Positions 19,560 to 29,603 of a stretch of DNA of 56,094 bases are shown piece by piece. The position numbers and the translations under genes are program-made. Position 1 is the stretch's first letter; every line of letters begins with the position of its first letter. Under the pieces are notes generated by a model that was not told the DNA's origin, made no database searches, and saw only the letters and a list, made by a program, of their open reading frames with translations. The DNA is from a virus (lineage: Duplodnaviria > Caudoviricetes): positions 1 through 56,094 of the IMG/VR virus record IMGVR_UViG_3300027607_000106; one strand, given 5' to 3'.

Positions 19560-20194
19560 AGGCCGGCCCTCCGATAGGGCATCAGCAGCGCGTTGACGGC
19601 TCGATCAACAGTCGCTGAAATCTTGTCGGAATCGGCGTATTCGGTCGACCCGACACCCTGCACCACTTCCTTGCTCGCCATAAGATCCGCCTTGGCCATA
19701 GTGTAGAGCTTCCCGACCATGATCTTGATCGCCGCTTTGATGGCTTCCGGCACGTCTTCAACGGCGCCGAAGCCGGAGACGAAGGTCACCTGAATGGCAT
19801 CGGACCGGTCGCGGTAGACAGCCGGGCTATCGAACTGATCCCGGAACCGCACGAATGCACCGAGCGAGTCTTCCAGCAGCTCATGGAGTGAAGAGTCGAC
19901 GGTCTGCTCGGCATTGTCGGCATCGAAGTACCTGACGGTCGCCGACGACACATCAGGGAACGGCAAGCGAATATCGCCGCTCCTTGGCCAGTCCGAGAAG
20001 TCCGCACGCCAGGTCTGGCTGACGATGCAGCGGCCAAGGATCCCGGCCCGGCCGTCGAGATGTGCCGTCGCCGCACCAATCAATGACAGAATCAAAACGT
20101 CATCGTCCGTGGTCGTGACACGACTGTTGGCCTTGACCTGGGCCAGGGTCACAGGTGCGTCGGTCGGCGCGACCGTGCGGACGGGCCGAAGCAT
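19556..20194 (-). CDS. Head-tail connector (gp6-like)
   Basis: PVTLAQVKAN.RV...DD.LI..LI.AAT and VPEAIKAAI...LLMPYR motifs. Confidence 0.85.
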   Translation of the reverse strand: MLRPVRTVAPTDAPVTLAQVKANSRVTTTDDDVLILSLIGAATAHLDGRAGILGRCIVSQTWRADFSDWPRSGDIRLPFPDVSSATVRYFDADNAEQTVDSSLHELLEDSLGAFVRFRDQFDSPAVYRDRSDAIQVTFVSGFGAVEDVPEAIKAAIKIMVGKLYTMAKADLMASKEVVQGVGSTEYADSDKISATVDRAVNALLMPYRRAGL

Positions 20195-20556
20195 CAGTCG
20201 ACCTTCGCGATTTCCTGCTCAAGGCGCGTCGCGCCCCAGCGGCTGTCAACATCGATCCCTAGCGTCTCGGCGCGTTCCCTAAGAGCATCGATGTCGTCTT
20301 CCTTGCCCTTGTCCTCGGAATTGTTGCCTTCGGACGATGGTTCGGTTTCGGCTTCCGTTTCGACGGTTTCGACGTCCTCGGATGGGGGCTCGGTTTCGGC
20401 TTCTGCTGCGGACACGTATCCCTCCGCGACTAGTCCGGGGACGAGTTCATCTGGAATATTCCGCTCCTCGCCCACCTCAGCACCCTTTGCCGTGAAGCCG
20501 TCTTCCGAGTAGGGGAAATACTTGAGGATCTTGCAAAGCATGGCAGTAACTTTCAT
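20194..20556 (-). CDS. Hypothetical acidic protein with C-terminal HeH-like motif
   Basis: LRERAETLGIDVDSRWGATRL; follows the capsid genes. Confidence 0.6.
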   Translation of the reverse strand: MKVTAMLCKILKYFPYSEDGFTAKGAEVGEERNIPDELVPGLVAEGYVSAAEAETEPPSEDVETVETEAETEPSSEGNNSEDKGKEDDIDALRERAETLGIDVDSRWGATRLEQEIAKVD

Positions 20557-20596
20557 AGAAATGGACGGAGCCGAAGCCCCGCCCTAGCCAAGGGGA

Positions 20597-20995
20597 TCAG
20601 CCAGCATGACGCGGGTTGCCGAGCGCAGCGCAAGCGCTCAGCGTACCGCCGGAAGTGGTGCCAGCGCTGGTCACCACGAGCCGGATGTACCGCTTGTCGC
20701 CCTTGTACCCGATGCTCTTGATCGCATCGTCATCAGTGGCAGCAAACGTCGCAGCCGCGATGGTTCCGATCAATTCGGCCGCGGTCACCGCGACGCCGTC
20801 GGACAGATCGCTCTGGTCGCCGGCAACGAGAGAGGGAGTGTAGGTCCCATCGGTAAGCGTCGCAGATTGAAGAAAGAACGCGACGCTCTGGTATCCTTGG
20901 AGGTCGACAATTTCACCGTTGGTGGCGGTGTCTGTGCTGATCGCTTGCGGCGTGAGAGCCACTTTCGGCGTCAGATTGCTGTGCAAATCACGCAT
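20597..20995 (-). CDS. Capsid-associated (decoration-like) protein
   Basis: IVDLQGYQS...IGYKGDKRYIRL; directly after the major capsid gene. Confidence 0.65.
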   Translation of the reverse strand: MRDLHSNLTPKVALTPQAISTDTATNGEIVDLQGYQSVAFFLQSATLTDGTYTPSLVAGDQSDLSDGVAVTAAELIGTIAAATFAATDDDAIKSIGYKGDKRYIRLVVTSAGTTSGGTLSACAALGNPRHAG

Positions 20996-21061
20996 AGGAT
21001 TGCTCGCTTGTTCGGAATTGAGGGGTAGCGGGCCGCTGGTTCGCGCGGCCCGCTATGATCA

Positions 21062-22417
21062 CTAAGCCGCGCAAACCAGCGCGCGGAGCGCCTCGGCCAG
21101 AGTCACTTGACCGCCGACACGCTTGCGCAGGATGAAGCGCACATTGCCGGACGTCGCCTGTGTATAGGGATCGCGAAGCATCTCCATGACGATCCGGTCG
21201 ACCCAGGTGTAGGCACGGCGGAAATCGCCGAATGCGACGGGCTTGGTGCCGGCACCTTCGTTCGGCATATCCGGCATTTCTACATAGGGAGCGCCGTTGA
21301 TCGAATTCGGCTGGCCCTGGGCCAAGCCGGGCATCCAGAGATACTGGTTGTTGGCATCCTTGAGCTTGCGAACCGAGCCAAGCGTGGTGCGATTCATCAA
21401 CCAGGTGGCATTGCGAGCGTAGGCGGTTTTGATCCCGTAGAACAGCGACAGGATACCGTCGGCGGTAACCGCGGTGGCCGCCCCGGAATTGGTGGTCGCC
21501 ACGTCCGCATTGGACAGGAACCCTTCGGGCTTGCCGACACCGGTGCCGGACACGAACGCTGTCCCTTCCGCGACCGAAAACTGCTCCTCGGCCTCCATCC
21601 GGATCTCGGCCTCCATATCGAATGCGGAGTCCTCGACCATCTGATTGGAGATGTCGATCAGTGCGTACAGCTCGTGCGTCGGGAGTTCTTCCAGGCCATA
21701 GGAAAGCCCTGTCGTTTCGGACTTGGTGCCCTGTTCCGACACCCACTGCGCGGCAAACTGACCGGTACGTTTCGGGATCTCCACCGACTTGTTCATCGTT
21801 GTGCGAACGCGCGCGAGCGACCGCACAGGGCTCATTTCGGTGATGCCCTTGATGATCTCCCGAACGTATTCCTCCGGGGCCAGATAGCCGCCGGCCGTAT
21901 CGGTTGACACGTTGAGCGACTTGTACTCGTTCCGGATCGCGTCGATCGCCTTCCGCTCTTCCTCGGGCAAGTTCGGCACGCCGACGGAATACGCGTTGAC
22001 GACACCGCGGGCCCAGAGATTGACCCGCTCCTTGAGCTCTTCAGCGCGATCTTCGCGAGATTTCGGCGGGCGCCCGGCCTTGGTCTCGATCCGGTCAAGC
22101 TGACTTTTCAGCTCTTTTCGGTCTTCATCGGCGGCATGGGCCTTCTTTTCAGCCTCGGTCAGCTTCTGGTTCAGGTCCTCGAACTTCGCAAGATCCTGCT
22201 CGATCTTTGCCAGTTTTTCCTCGGTCAGAGGATCGGCCGCGCCTTTCTCTTCGACCTGCTTCAGCCGCTCGTCGTTGGCCTTCTTGAACTCATCGAATGT
22301 GCTCATGAAGTCATCTACCGACTTCTTGATTTCCTCGATGAGGTTCTCGCCATCCTTGCGCTCCGGCGCAATAAGGGCGGTGGTCCCGAGCAGCTCGGGA
22401 TTGACATGTTTGGACAT
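21062..22417 (-). CDS. Major capsid protein, HK97 fold
   Basis: Coiled-coil delta domain; GGYLAPEEY, FVSGTGVGKPEG, KLKDANNQYLW and FGDF motifs. Confidence 0.95.
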   Translation of the reverse strand: MSKHVNPELLGTTALIAPERKDGENLIEEIKKSVDDFMSTFDEFKKANDERLKQVEEKGAADPLTEEKLAKIEQDLAKFEDLNQKLTEAEKKAHAADEDRKELKSQLDRIETKAGRPPKSREDRAEELKERVNLWARGVVNAYSVGVPNLPEEERKAIDAIRNEYKSLNVSTDTAGGYLAPEEYVREIIKGITEMSPVRSLARVRTTMNKSVEIPKRTGQFAAQWVSEQGTKSETTGLSYGLEELPTHELYALIDISNQMVEDSAFDMEAEIRMEAEEQFSVAEGTAFVSGTGVGKPEGFLSNADVATTNSGAATAVTADGILSLFYGIKTAYARNATWLMNRTTLGSVRKLKDANNQYLWMPGLAQGQPNSINGAPYVEMPDMPNEGAGTKPVAFGDFRRAYTWVDRIVMEMLRDPYTQATSGNVRFILRKRVGGQVTLAEALRALVCAA

Positions 22418-22432
22418 GATGGAATGCCTTGA

Positions 22433-23125
22433 TCAGGCGCGCAGGGCTTCTGTCGCCTTGCGCAACGACATGAGCACGTCTGCGGCTTCGTCACGAAGCC
22501 CCGGCTCGGGTCCCTCAGCATCCCGCTGAAGCGCTTTGCGGAAGATCGACACCGCGATTTTGCTGTGTCGTCGCGACAAACCTGCATCCCGCAGGTCACC
22601 TTCCATTTCGCCAGGATCAAAGTCCTTCACATTCTCCACCAACGCCCCCGGCATTGCGGGTACGGTGACGAGAGAAACCTCGAACAGTTCGATCTGCTTG
22701 AGCAACCTTGCACCGGTGGTGCGATCTATCGCTTTGTCGATCGTTTTGTAGCCGATGGATAGATGCCGGATTGCCCCACGACCAAGAAGTGCACGGGCTA
22801 TCTTGGCTTGCGGCACATCCAGGATCAGTTCGCCAGTAGCGTGAAGCCCCTTCTCGTCTTCCCGCAAGTCCGTCCATACACCAATCGGATTGTCTGGATC
22901 GTGCTGCCAGAGCATGGGGGGCATCGAACCGGCCTTCTTCCAATCCGCTATGGAGCTCTTGAAAGCACCAGGAACGATGATGTCGCCGACCCGATCGAGC
23001 GAGTTGAAGACTGCCCCATAACCCTCAACAAAGCCGGGCCGCTCTTCGTCCTGCACAAATTTTAGTTCGCAAGCAAAATCGAACCGTTCGCGACCCGACG
23101 AGCTCTTTCTTTCAACAATTCGCAT
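22433..23125 (-). CDS. HK97 prohead protease
   Basis: EGYGAVFNSLD, MLWQHD..PIGVW, LSIGY and LFEVSLVTVPA motifs. Confidence 0.95.
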   Translation of the reverse strand: MRIVERKSSSGRERFDFACELKFVQDEERPGFVEGYGAVFNSLDRVGDIIVPGAFKSSIADWKKAGSMPPMLWQHDPDNPIGVWTDLREDEKGLHATGELILDVPQAKIARALLGRGAIRHLSIGYKTIDKAIDRTTGARLLKQIELFEVSLVTVPAMPGALVENVKDFDPGEMEGDLRDAGLSRRHSKIAVSIFRKALQRDAEGPEPGLRDEAADVLMSLRKATEALRA

Positions 23126-23128
23126 AAA

Positions 23129-24337
23129 TCAGCCCTCACTCGGCTGCGCAGATGGATTTGTCGGCTGGGGCAGCTTGTCACCGTCCGGATGCGGGTCTCG
23201 CCCCTCGTCCGCACGCACCTCATTCGGAGTCAGCCAGGCGGGAGAACCACCGGATCCGAGCGCCTTCGCGTTGTACTCGGCGCGGTCCTTCACATTGCCC
23301 ATCGTCAAATACCGGAAGTCGAATTCCGGCTCCAAATCACCCTCATAGTCAAGCAAGTCCCTATCAACTGCCTGTTTCCAGCGCTCCGCCCATGGCTTCA
23401 GCGTCTCCCGCACATGTGCGCTAAAGAAAGCCTCCGCACTGGCGAATGTCGGCGTCTGGTCCCCCGCATGACCGACCATCTGCGGGAACACCTTCAAGGC
23501 CCGGCAAATCTCTTCGATTTGGAACTTCCGAAGCTCAATATGCTGATTGTCTACGCCCGAGAATGCAAACGGTGTCCAAGACGCCTTCGAGTCCAAAACA
23601 GCCGTCCGGAAGGCGTTTTCAACGCCGCCCATGACGCTGTTCCACTGCTTCTTCAGCGCTTCGCGGCTTTCAGGGCTGAGATCACCCTCGACGGCTAAAA
23701 TGCCGCCTGGGCGGGCGCCGTTCGCGTGCAGGCTGGCATGGGTCTGCTCCGTCGCGATGGCAAGGCCAATCGCCTCGCGTGCTTTCTGGACAAGGTCCAG
23801 ACCTACGATCCCATCCCAAGACGGGCCGCGAAGGTGGAACATCCGCTCCCGCGGCACCGTGCCGAGCAACTTCTTTCCGTCGAAGATATGGTATTTGAGC
23901 GTGTAGTCGCTCTCCTGCTCAACTTGAACCGAGCCTTCGCAAATTGGTGTCAGCTCGATCGGCTCGCCGTTGACATCGCCGATGTAGGCGTACCCGTTGC
24001 CCGTCAGAACGGCGTGAAGCGTCATTGTCTCCCGAAACTCGAATGCCGTCTGCCAATCATTCGGGCGACGAGTCAGCAATCGACGAACGGGATGACCCGG
24101 AAGTTCTTCCCTGTTCTTTCCCGGCGGTCGACGCACAATTCGTAGCGGGAGTTGGGCGCAACCTTCAGCGATCACACGTGCGCAATCCAGCACTGTTGAA
24201 ACGCCCAGCGCGGTTTGCACTGTGACAGGCACACCCGACTTTGCCTTTCGAAGGTCGAAGAAGAGCTCCCAATTCGCATCAAACCCGACAGATTTGGTCT
24301 GAAGCCCCGCTGTCACGGCCGAGAAGATTCCACCCAT
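23129..24337 (-). CDS. Portal protein, HK97 family
   Basis: PNDWQTAFEF, GNGYAYI, NGARPGGIL and TPNEVRA.E motifs. Confidence 0.95.
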   Translation of the reverse strand: MGGIFSAVTAGLQTKSVGFDANWELFFDLRKAKSGVPVTVQTALGVSTVLDCARVIAEGCAQLPLRIVRRPPGKNREELPGHPVRRLLTRRPNDWQTAFEFRETMTLHAVLTGNGYAYIGDVNGEPIELTPICEGSVQVEQESDYTLKYHIFDGKKLLGTVPRERMFHLRGPSWDGIVGLDLVQKAREAIGLAIATEQTHASLHANGARPGGILAVEGDLSPESREALKKQWNSVMGGVENAFRTAVLDSKASWTPFAFSGVDNQHIELRKFQIEEICRALKVFPQMVGHAGDQTPTFASAEAFFSAHVRETLKPWAERWKQAVDRDLLDYEGDLEPEFDFRYLTMGNVKDRAEYNAKALGSGGSPAWLTPNEVRADEGRDPHPDGDKLPQPTNPSAQPSEG

Positions 24338-24338
24338 A

Positions 24339-24530
24339 TCAATTGGCCTTCATGCCGCTCAGCAGGGCACCAGCCAGCAACAAAACACCGCCAGCTATGA
24401 AACCGGCGGCCGGCAGCACAAGCCACGCGCCGTATGCTATGAGCCCGACCCCTGCCAGACCCGCTAGGTCGCGGATCAAGGCCGGAGCATAGGCCGCAAA
24501 CTGTCTCAAGGCATATCGCGGTGCGCTCAT
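24339..24530 (-). CDS. Small two-TM protein between terminase and portal
   Basis: DLAGLAGVGLIAYGAWLV.PAAGFIAGG. Confidence 0.7.
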   Translation of the reverse strand: MSAPRYALRQFAAYAPALIRDLAGLAGVGLIAYGAWLVLPAAGFIAGGVLLLAGALLSGMKAN

Positions 24531-24544
24531 GATAACTCTACGGC

Positions 24545-26395
24545 TTATAGAAGGATCAGTTCTTCGGTCTCTAGATACGAGCCGTTCACTTTGGTTTCGT
24601 GCGCATGAGCCGCGCCGACCGCCATGGCCAGCGCAATCGCCGCATCGATCTTGTTCGTCGATTTCTCTTTGGACAGCCAGTAGTTGTCCCAACGGTCACT
24701 AACCGTCACCGCACTCATCATGGCGGAGATCAGGACCGGATTTCTTCGGATCCGGATGCGCCCCTCGGTGATCAGATCCTCAAGCCGCCGGATGCTCATC
24801 GGCATCCAAAGGCCCTCGGGTTCCCGGTCGGCCTCTTTCGCCGCTTTGATCATGGCGTCGGTGGGCTTGCCTTTCTTTACCCCGCCTTGCGGGTGCTCGA
24901 CGAATTGAAGGGAGAGGCCGATTTCTGTGCACTCAGGCTCGAGCCCGCTTGCGAACGCATACCGGTCATAGGCCAAACACTGAACGTCGTAGTCGCGCAC
25001 GTTTTCAGCGAGTGCCTGCGCGACATGGCGATAGTTGATGCTCTTTCCTGCGGGCGCGTTGAGATAACCCTTTGCTACCCAGACATCGTAGGGCAGGTTG
25101 TCCTCCTTCGCGCGCTCCGCGAGCGTATCGCCAGGCGTCCACGCCTCAATCCAGGCATCAAAGAGCGGCTTTCCCGCATGCTCGCCCGAGGCAACCGTGC
25201 CGGTGCGAACCACATAACCCAGAGCCGTGATGTCCTTGTTGCGCGACAGGTCGCAACCTATCCAGACCTGCTTGCCGCGATGATCATTCGGGGCGTATTC
25301 CACCAAGACCGGCTCAAGCGCCTTTCTTGTCAGCCAGGCAGTGGCGGCATCTGTCCAGACGCAGAAATGCAGCCGCAGGATCGAATTCAGTTTCGAGGGA
25401 ATATCGCGCGCCTGCGCGACAACCCCAGCAAGGTACTCCTCAGTTATGGTTACGCCGAGAAGCGGATTGGCCTTCGGCCAACACGACGGGTCTTCGAGCG
25501 GGTCATCTTCCGGATCGATCGCGCAGACGTAGCTGAACGTCGTGTCGTCTATCGCTTCGCCGAGATACTCCGCATCTCCATCCTTCGCATCCCGGTCGCC
25601 GGCAGCCACCCGGATCGCATGCTCATGTTCATACCAGCAGGCAGAGTTTCGATCGCTCCCAGAGTTCGTAATCATCAAGAGCAAAGGCTGCCGTCGGAAC
25701 TTGAAGCCGCGCTCGAGGATCTCGATTATCCCCGCGTCGGCATGCTCGTGAAGTTCGTCGACAAGCGCAAAATGCGGTCTCGGGCCTGAACCGGTCTTTT
25801 TCGTCTCTCGGGAAACCGGACGGAAGAACGATCCGTTCCGGAGATAGGCTATGTTGAACTCCCTGCCCGGCCCGCCGCTCATTTTGACGCGCTTGGCCAG
25901 GTCCGGAGATTTTTCCACCATCTTCACGGCATCTCGGAACAGAATGCCCGCCTGCTCCTTCGTGGCCCCGGCTGAATAGATTTCGGCGCCTGCCTCGCCG
26001 TCATACATCAGGCCGAACAATCCGATGCCGCCGGCAAGCGGTGATTTCCCGTTCCCCTTCCCCTGTTCGATGTAGGCCCGTCGAAAGCGCCGTGTCCCGT
26101 CCGCTTTCTTCCACCCGAATAGCGACCCGATTATGAAATCCTGCGATGGATGTGATCGGAACGGCTGGTCTTCGAACTGGCCTTCGCTGAGTTTCAATCG
26201 CCCCTCGAAAAACCCTTCGATCGCACGATGAGCCGCCACTCCATCAAACCAAATGTCCGTCCGGGCCAGGTCGCATAGGTGACGTCTACATGCGTTTCGA
26301 ACATGCGGGCCGGCGACAACTTCACCCGAAACGACGGCTTGAGCATACGCGTTGACCCGATTAAGCGAACTCGTCGTCGTCCTCGTCTTCGGCAT
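24545..26395 (-). CDS. terL: Terminase large subunit
   Basis: Walker A GKGNGKS, Walker B LVDELHEH, nuclease GCDLS and KIDAAIALAMA. Exact start uncertain. Confidence 0.95.
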   Translation of the reverse strand: MPKTRTTTSSLNRVNAYAQAVVSGEVVAGPHVRNACRRHLCDLARTDIWFDGVAAHRAIEGFFEGRLKLSEGQFEDQPFRSHPSQDFIIGSLFGWKKADGTRRFRRAYIEQGKGNGKSPLAGGIGLFGLMYDGEAGAEIYSAGATKEQAGILFRDAVKMVEKSPDLAKRVKMSGGPGREFNIAYLRNGSFFRPVSRETKKTGSGPRPHFALVDELHEHADAGIIEILERGFKFRRQPLLLMITNSGSDRNSACWYEHEHAIRVAAGDRDAKDGDAEYLGEAIDDTTFSYVCAIDPEDDPLEDPSCWPKANPLLGVTITEEYLAGVVAQARDIPSKLNSILRLHFCVWTDAATAWLTRKALEPVLVEYAPNDHRGKQVWIGCDLSRNKDITALGYVVRTGTVASGEHAGKPLFDAWIEAWTPGDTLAERAKEDNLPYDVWVAKGYLNAPAGKSINYRHVAQALAENVRDYDVQCLAYDRYAFASGLEPECTEIGLSLQFVEHPQGGVKKGKPTDAMIKAAKEADREPEGLWMPMSIRRLEDLITEGRIRIRRNPVLISAMMSAVTVSDRWDNYWLSKEKSTNKIDAAIALAMAVGAAHAHETKVNGSYLETEELILL

Positions 26396-26750
26396 CGGCG
26401 GTGCGGTTTCTCTCGTCGGTCAGGCCGAGTTCGCTCATGTAGGCACGCATCTGTCCGTGCTTTGATGCGGGGAATCCGGTCGGATTGAAGCGGAACTCTG
26501 CCCACAGTTCGCAAAAGGCGATCGCCGCGGGCTCCCGAGATCCGTCAAGCCAGCCTGCCGGCGCGATGTATCGATCCCAAGCCTTGCGCGCCTCGCCCTT
26601 CAACGTGGCAGGACGCTTCAGATCATTGAAACGGCCCGCCTGGGTCACGGCCGCCTTCGCATCGTCGACCGAACCATGGCGAGTGGCCCGGTGCGTCCCA
26701 TCAACCAACCGCAGCTGTGACGGCTTCGGCTTAGCGCCGCGAGTAGCCAT
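26361..26750 (-). CDS. terS: Terminase small subunit (P27-like)
   Basis: RGAKPKPSQLRLVDG and ELGLT motifs; precedes terL. Confidence 0.85.
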   Translation of the reverse strand: MATRGAKPKPSQLRLVDGTHRATRHGSVDDAKAAVTQAGRFNDLKRPATLKGEARKAWDRYIAPAGWLDGSREPAAIAFCELWAEFRFNPTGFPASKHGQMRAYMSELGLTDERNRTADAEDEDDDEFA

Positions 26751-26789
26751 ATTCAGCAGTCCCGAACATCAATCTGGTTTTGCGAAAGA

Positions 26790-26845
26790 TTGTGCCCCAC
26801 GCCGGTCCCGCGTCCCCGGGGCCCAGAGATTTGATGCCCCCCGGT
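26790..26845 (-). other. Probable cos packaging region
   Basis: Non-coding gap between HNH and terS with CCGGGGGGCATCAAATCTCTGGG...GACCGGCG, the usual cos position in HK97-like phages. Cut site not determinable. Confidence 0.4.
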
Positions 26846-26892
26846 CACAGTGTGGCCTGTCTGCAACACTTTCACCCTTCGCCCTCAGGGGC

Positions 26893-27219
26893 TCACTGAC
26901 GGGCGTTTGCCGGGTGACGCGGGTCTGTAGGCCAGCCATCCGTATCGACCGCTGCCGAGTATCCCAAGCGCTCCTCACGCTGCTTGGCTCCAGCATGGTG
27001 CGCCTTGCATAGAGACTGGAACGGACCGGCGAAGAACTTGGCCTTGTCACCACGGTGCGGCTCGATGTGGTCACAGTCGGTGGCTGGGACTGCCCTGCCC
27101 TCGTCCACACACATCCGACACAGCGGCTCTTTGCGCAGCTGAGCGACGCTGATCGCCCTCCATGCCTTGGTCTTGTACCATCGGCGGTAGGCGCGCGCTG
27201 CGTTGCTGCGTTGATCCAT
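26893..27219 (-). CDS. Terminase-associated HNH endonuclease (gp74-like)
   Basis: PLCRMC...DHIEPHRGD...QSLCKAHH. Confidence 0.9.
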   Translation of the reverse strand: MDQRSNAARAYRRWYKTKAWRAISVAQLRKEPLCRMCVDEGRAVPATDCDHIEPHRGDKAKFFAGPFQSLCKAHHAGAKQREERLGYSAAVDTDGWPTDPRHPANARQ

Positions 27220-27472
27220 ATCGCATTCCGCAGTCAGGGGCACTGGCATGCCCCAGCCCCCGTCACCTGCGCAGCTAACGCATACGGGCTGCCGGAATGG
27301 AGACGGCCAGAGTAACGCGAACGTGCCGTACTCAAAATCGGGTCCGGCACCACCAGCAAATTATATTTCTGTATGTCAGGCCGGTGCCCGACTCTACCCG
27401 ATTGCCGTAGCCGTAACGCATTGAGTTGCCTATAGTGCTCGCTGGGGTTGAACTCGACTGCAGGGCGCGGAA

Positions 27473-28081
27473 GTGATGAATCTGGCGAAACTAGAGGAGA
27501 AATTGATAATATATTGGAAGAATCAGAAAGAAAATATTCTGATCTCTTCCGTCATGTTAGCAATGACATTCGTGTTTCTGGCATCCATTAGCAGCACGTG
27601 GCAATTCCTCTTGGCAGCAGCCACTATTTTTGTAATTGGTTTTGCTATTACCGGCTTAGTGTTAGTTTGGATTTTCTTAAGGCTGATGTGTGATATCCTT
27701 TACGCCGTTCGGTTTCCAACCCTGTCCATCGAAGCGGCGCAGCGACACCCCTCCATATACAGATTGTCATTGTTCATGATCCGGGCTGGCTTGGCCTTAT
27801 TGATAATCGGCGCTCCTATGCTCCTGTTTTCCGACTATTTATTCAACAAAGAGCACACGTTATACAGTGTTATAATAGGAGGAGTGCTTCTTATACTAGG
27901 ATCCATTCTCTTTTTCGAAGGCGGCCGGATAATGCGCAGGTTGCGAATGAACACTGCGAAACAGCTACAACTGGAAGGCCAGCAAGTTGATACACGGCCT
28001 TACACGGATATCGACCTATCGCAGTTGCGGCCGTGGGACAGCGGCGAATTCTGGCGCGGCCCTAGGCCACCGGGGCTTTAG
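27473..28081 (+). CDS. Multi-pass membrane protein (moron)
   Basis: About four hydrophobic segments, AT-rich, antisense to flanking genes. Confidence 0.7.
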   Translation: MMNLAKLEEKLIIYWKNQKENILISSVMLAMTFVFLASISSTWQFLLAAATIFVIGFAITGLVLVWIFLRLMCDILYAVRFPTLSIEAAQRHPSIYRLSLFMIRAGLALLIIGAPMLLFSDYLFNKEHTLYSVIIGGVLLILGSILFFEGGRIMRRLRMNTAKQLQLEGQQVDTRPYTDIDLSQLRPWDSGEFWRGPRPPGL

Positions 28082-28311
28082 CAGGATGGCAGTCGCGGAT
28101 CAATGATGCGCTGTGCAAGGCCGGGCCCTAACGCTTAATTCAACGGGCCCAGTTGTTCAGAAATCGCAGGCCAACCGAAACACAGAAACACAATCGAACA
28201 CACGCAAAAATTTAGTGGATTCCGGTAGACAACCCTAAATTTGCAGATCTATTATTAGCCACATAATCAGAAAAGACGTTTTGAAGCCAATGAACCCTCT
28301 GGGGCACCCAT

Positions 28312-28620
28312 ATGAAAGCTCATATTGACGTAGGGGCAGAATTCGACACGAAGGCAATAACCCGAGACCGGCAACTCGAGACACCTCCTTATCAAGTTCA
28401 GATCAATACCAGATTGTTGGGCCGGAATTTTCCCAGCGGGGCCACAGTCGTTGTGGACCCTTGCGCGGAAATTCGACCCGGTGACATCGTCTATGCAGTA
28501 TTCGGCCAGGAAAACGAAAATCTGACCAAACGGTTCTTCGAATGGTACGATGGCGCATTGAACGAATTCGATAAGGTCTGTGCGATCCATAAAGTGGTCG
28601 CAAAGCTGCCTCGTACTTGA
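28312..28620 (+). CDS. Stand-alone degenerate S24/LexA-like C-terminal domain, copy 1
   Basis: Y.V.I...G..V.VDP....PGD.V...KRF...AIHKVV; paralog of 44857-45165. Confidence 0.7.
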   Translation: MKAHIDVGAEFDTKAITRDRQLETPPYQVQINTRLLGRNFPSGATVVVDPCAEIRPGDIVYAVFGQENENLTKRFFEWYDGALNEFDKVCAIHKVVAKLPRT

Positions 28621-28830
28621 TGCCCGTGTGCGAACGTAAGGCGCACACAACGCGAACCATAAGGTTGCAACTGGTTGCAAATGGAGAAGCCTCGCCTTCA
28701 GCGGGGCTTCACGCCGGGCATGAGAATGACGACATCGCCACGATGTCTTCTAGGCCGTTTCGGCCGGGCGGCTGCCGGAGTGTCGCACTGGCACGGGCCA
28801 GATTGGGCCGGGTCAGCCACCGATCGGGCG

Positions 28831-29361
28831 TCAACGGTCAGGTCCGCTGACAATCTCCCCGATCGCGTCAGGCGGAAGCTCCACCTTGACGCCCGCGCAA
28901 TATGCCTTGATTTTGTTCCCAAGGTCAACCGAGACTTGGGCAATAAGTCCTTCGAGAGGATTTCCGTCCGCAATCCTGGCGATTGTGCCGGGATCGAGCC
29001 GCTTGCGGCCAACCTCGTCGACAGCCTGCCCCTCGGCCTCCTCCATGATCCGATCCATGATCTCATCGGGAAGTGGGACCGGGTCGCGGCCGGGCACGCT
29101 GATCACGGTAGAGACCCACAACGTGTCGTTGATCAGGCCTATCTCGAATGGTTCGCAGAGCACGAAGATGTACCGGTGGAAGCGCGGCACATCGCTCCAT
29201 GCGGCCATGAACCGGGCCTGCTTGATCGTTGTTCCGGGAACCCGGCGCCGTTTGCGCACACGAATGACTGGGAAGAAGGTCATAAACCCCTGCCGCCGCA
29301 ATTCGCGGTCCGCGCCGGCTTCGGCTTGCGGGTGAGTATGGACCGCATACCAGTTCTTCAT
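28831..29361 (-). CDS. NusG/RfaH-family antiterminator (NGN+KOW)
   Basis: WYAVHTHPQAE, F.RYIFV and KOW-like PGTIARIADGNPLEGL; occupies the Q position. Confidence 0.85.
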   Translation of the reverse strand: MKNWYAVHTHPQAEAGADRELRRQGFMTFFPVIRVRKRRRVPGTTIKQARFMAAWSDVPRFHRYIFVLCEPFEIGLINDTLWVSTVISVPGRDPVPLPDEIMDRIMEEAEGQAVDEVGRKRLDPGTIARIADGNPLEGLIAQVSVDLGNKIKAYCAGVKVELPPDAIGEIVSGPDR

Positions 29362-29603
29362 TGCTCCGCGGCCTCCTTGATCTCCACGGAATAGCTCTCG
29401 ACCACGGTCAGGCCGTTCTCGACTGACGGGTGCCCGCTACGGTGGGCTAACGAGTGCCCGGGCACATACCGAAGCGCGCCTTTCCAGGCGATCACGTCGA
29501 TCCTGATGACCAGCGTGCCCGGCAGGTGGCCGACGACCACGCCCTCCCAGCCGGACGACGTGCAGCGGACTCTCTTGCCGATGTCGATCGGGCCACGGGT
29601 CAT
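29358..29603 (-). CDS. Hypothetical protein
   Basis: ATGA-coupled to both neighbours. Confidence 0.55.
   Translation of the reverse strand: MTRGPIDIGKRVRCTSSGWEGVVVGHLPGTLVIRIDVIAWKGALRYVPGHSLAHRSGHPSVENGLTVVESYSVEIKEAAEQ

Noticed and set aside
28127-28144. CTAACGCTTAATTCAAC as a CtrA box
   Set aside because: Spacing and half-sites do not fit TTAA-N7-TTAA.
28185-28199. GAAA-N7-GAAC as an alphaproteobacterial LexA box
   Set aside because: Only 7/8 match inside a low-complexity GAAACACA repeat; too weak to call.
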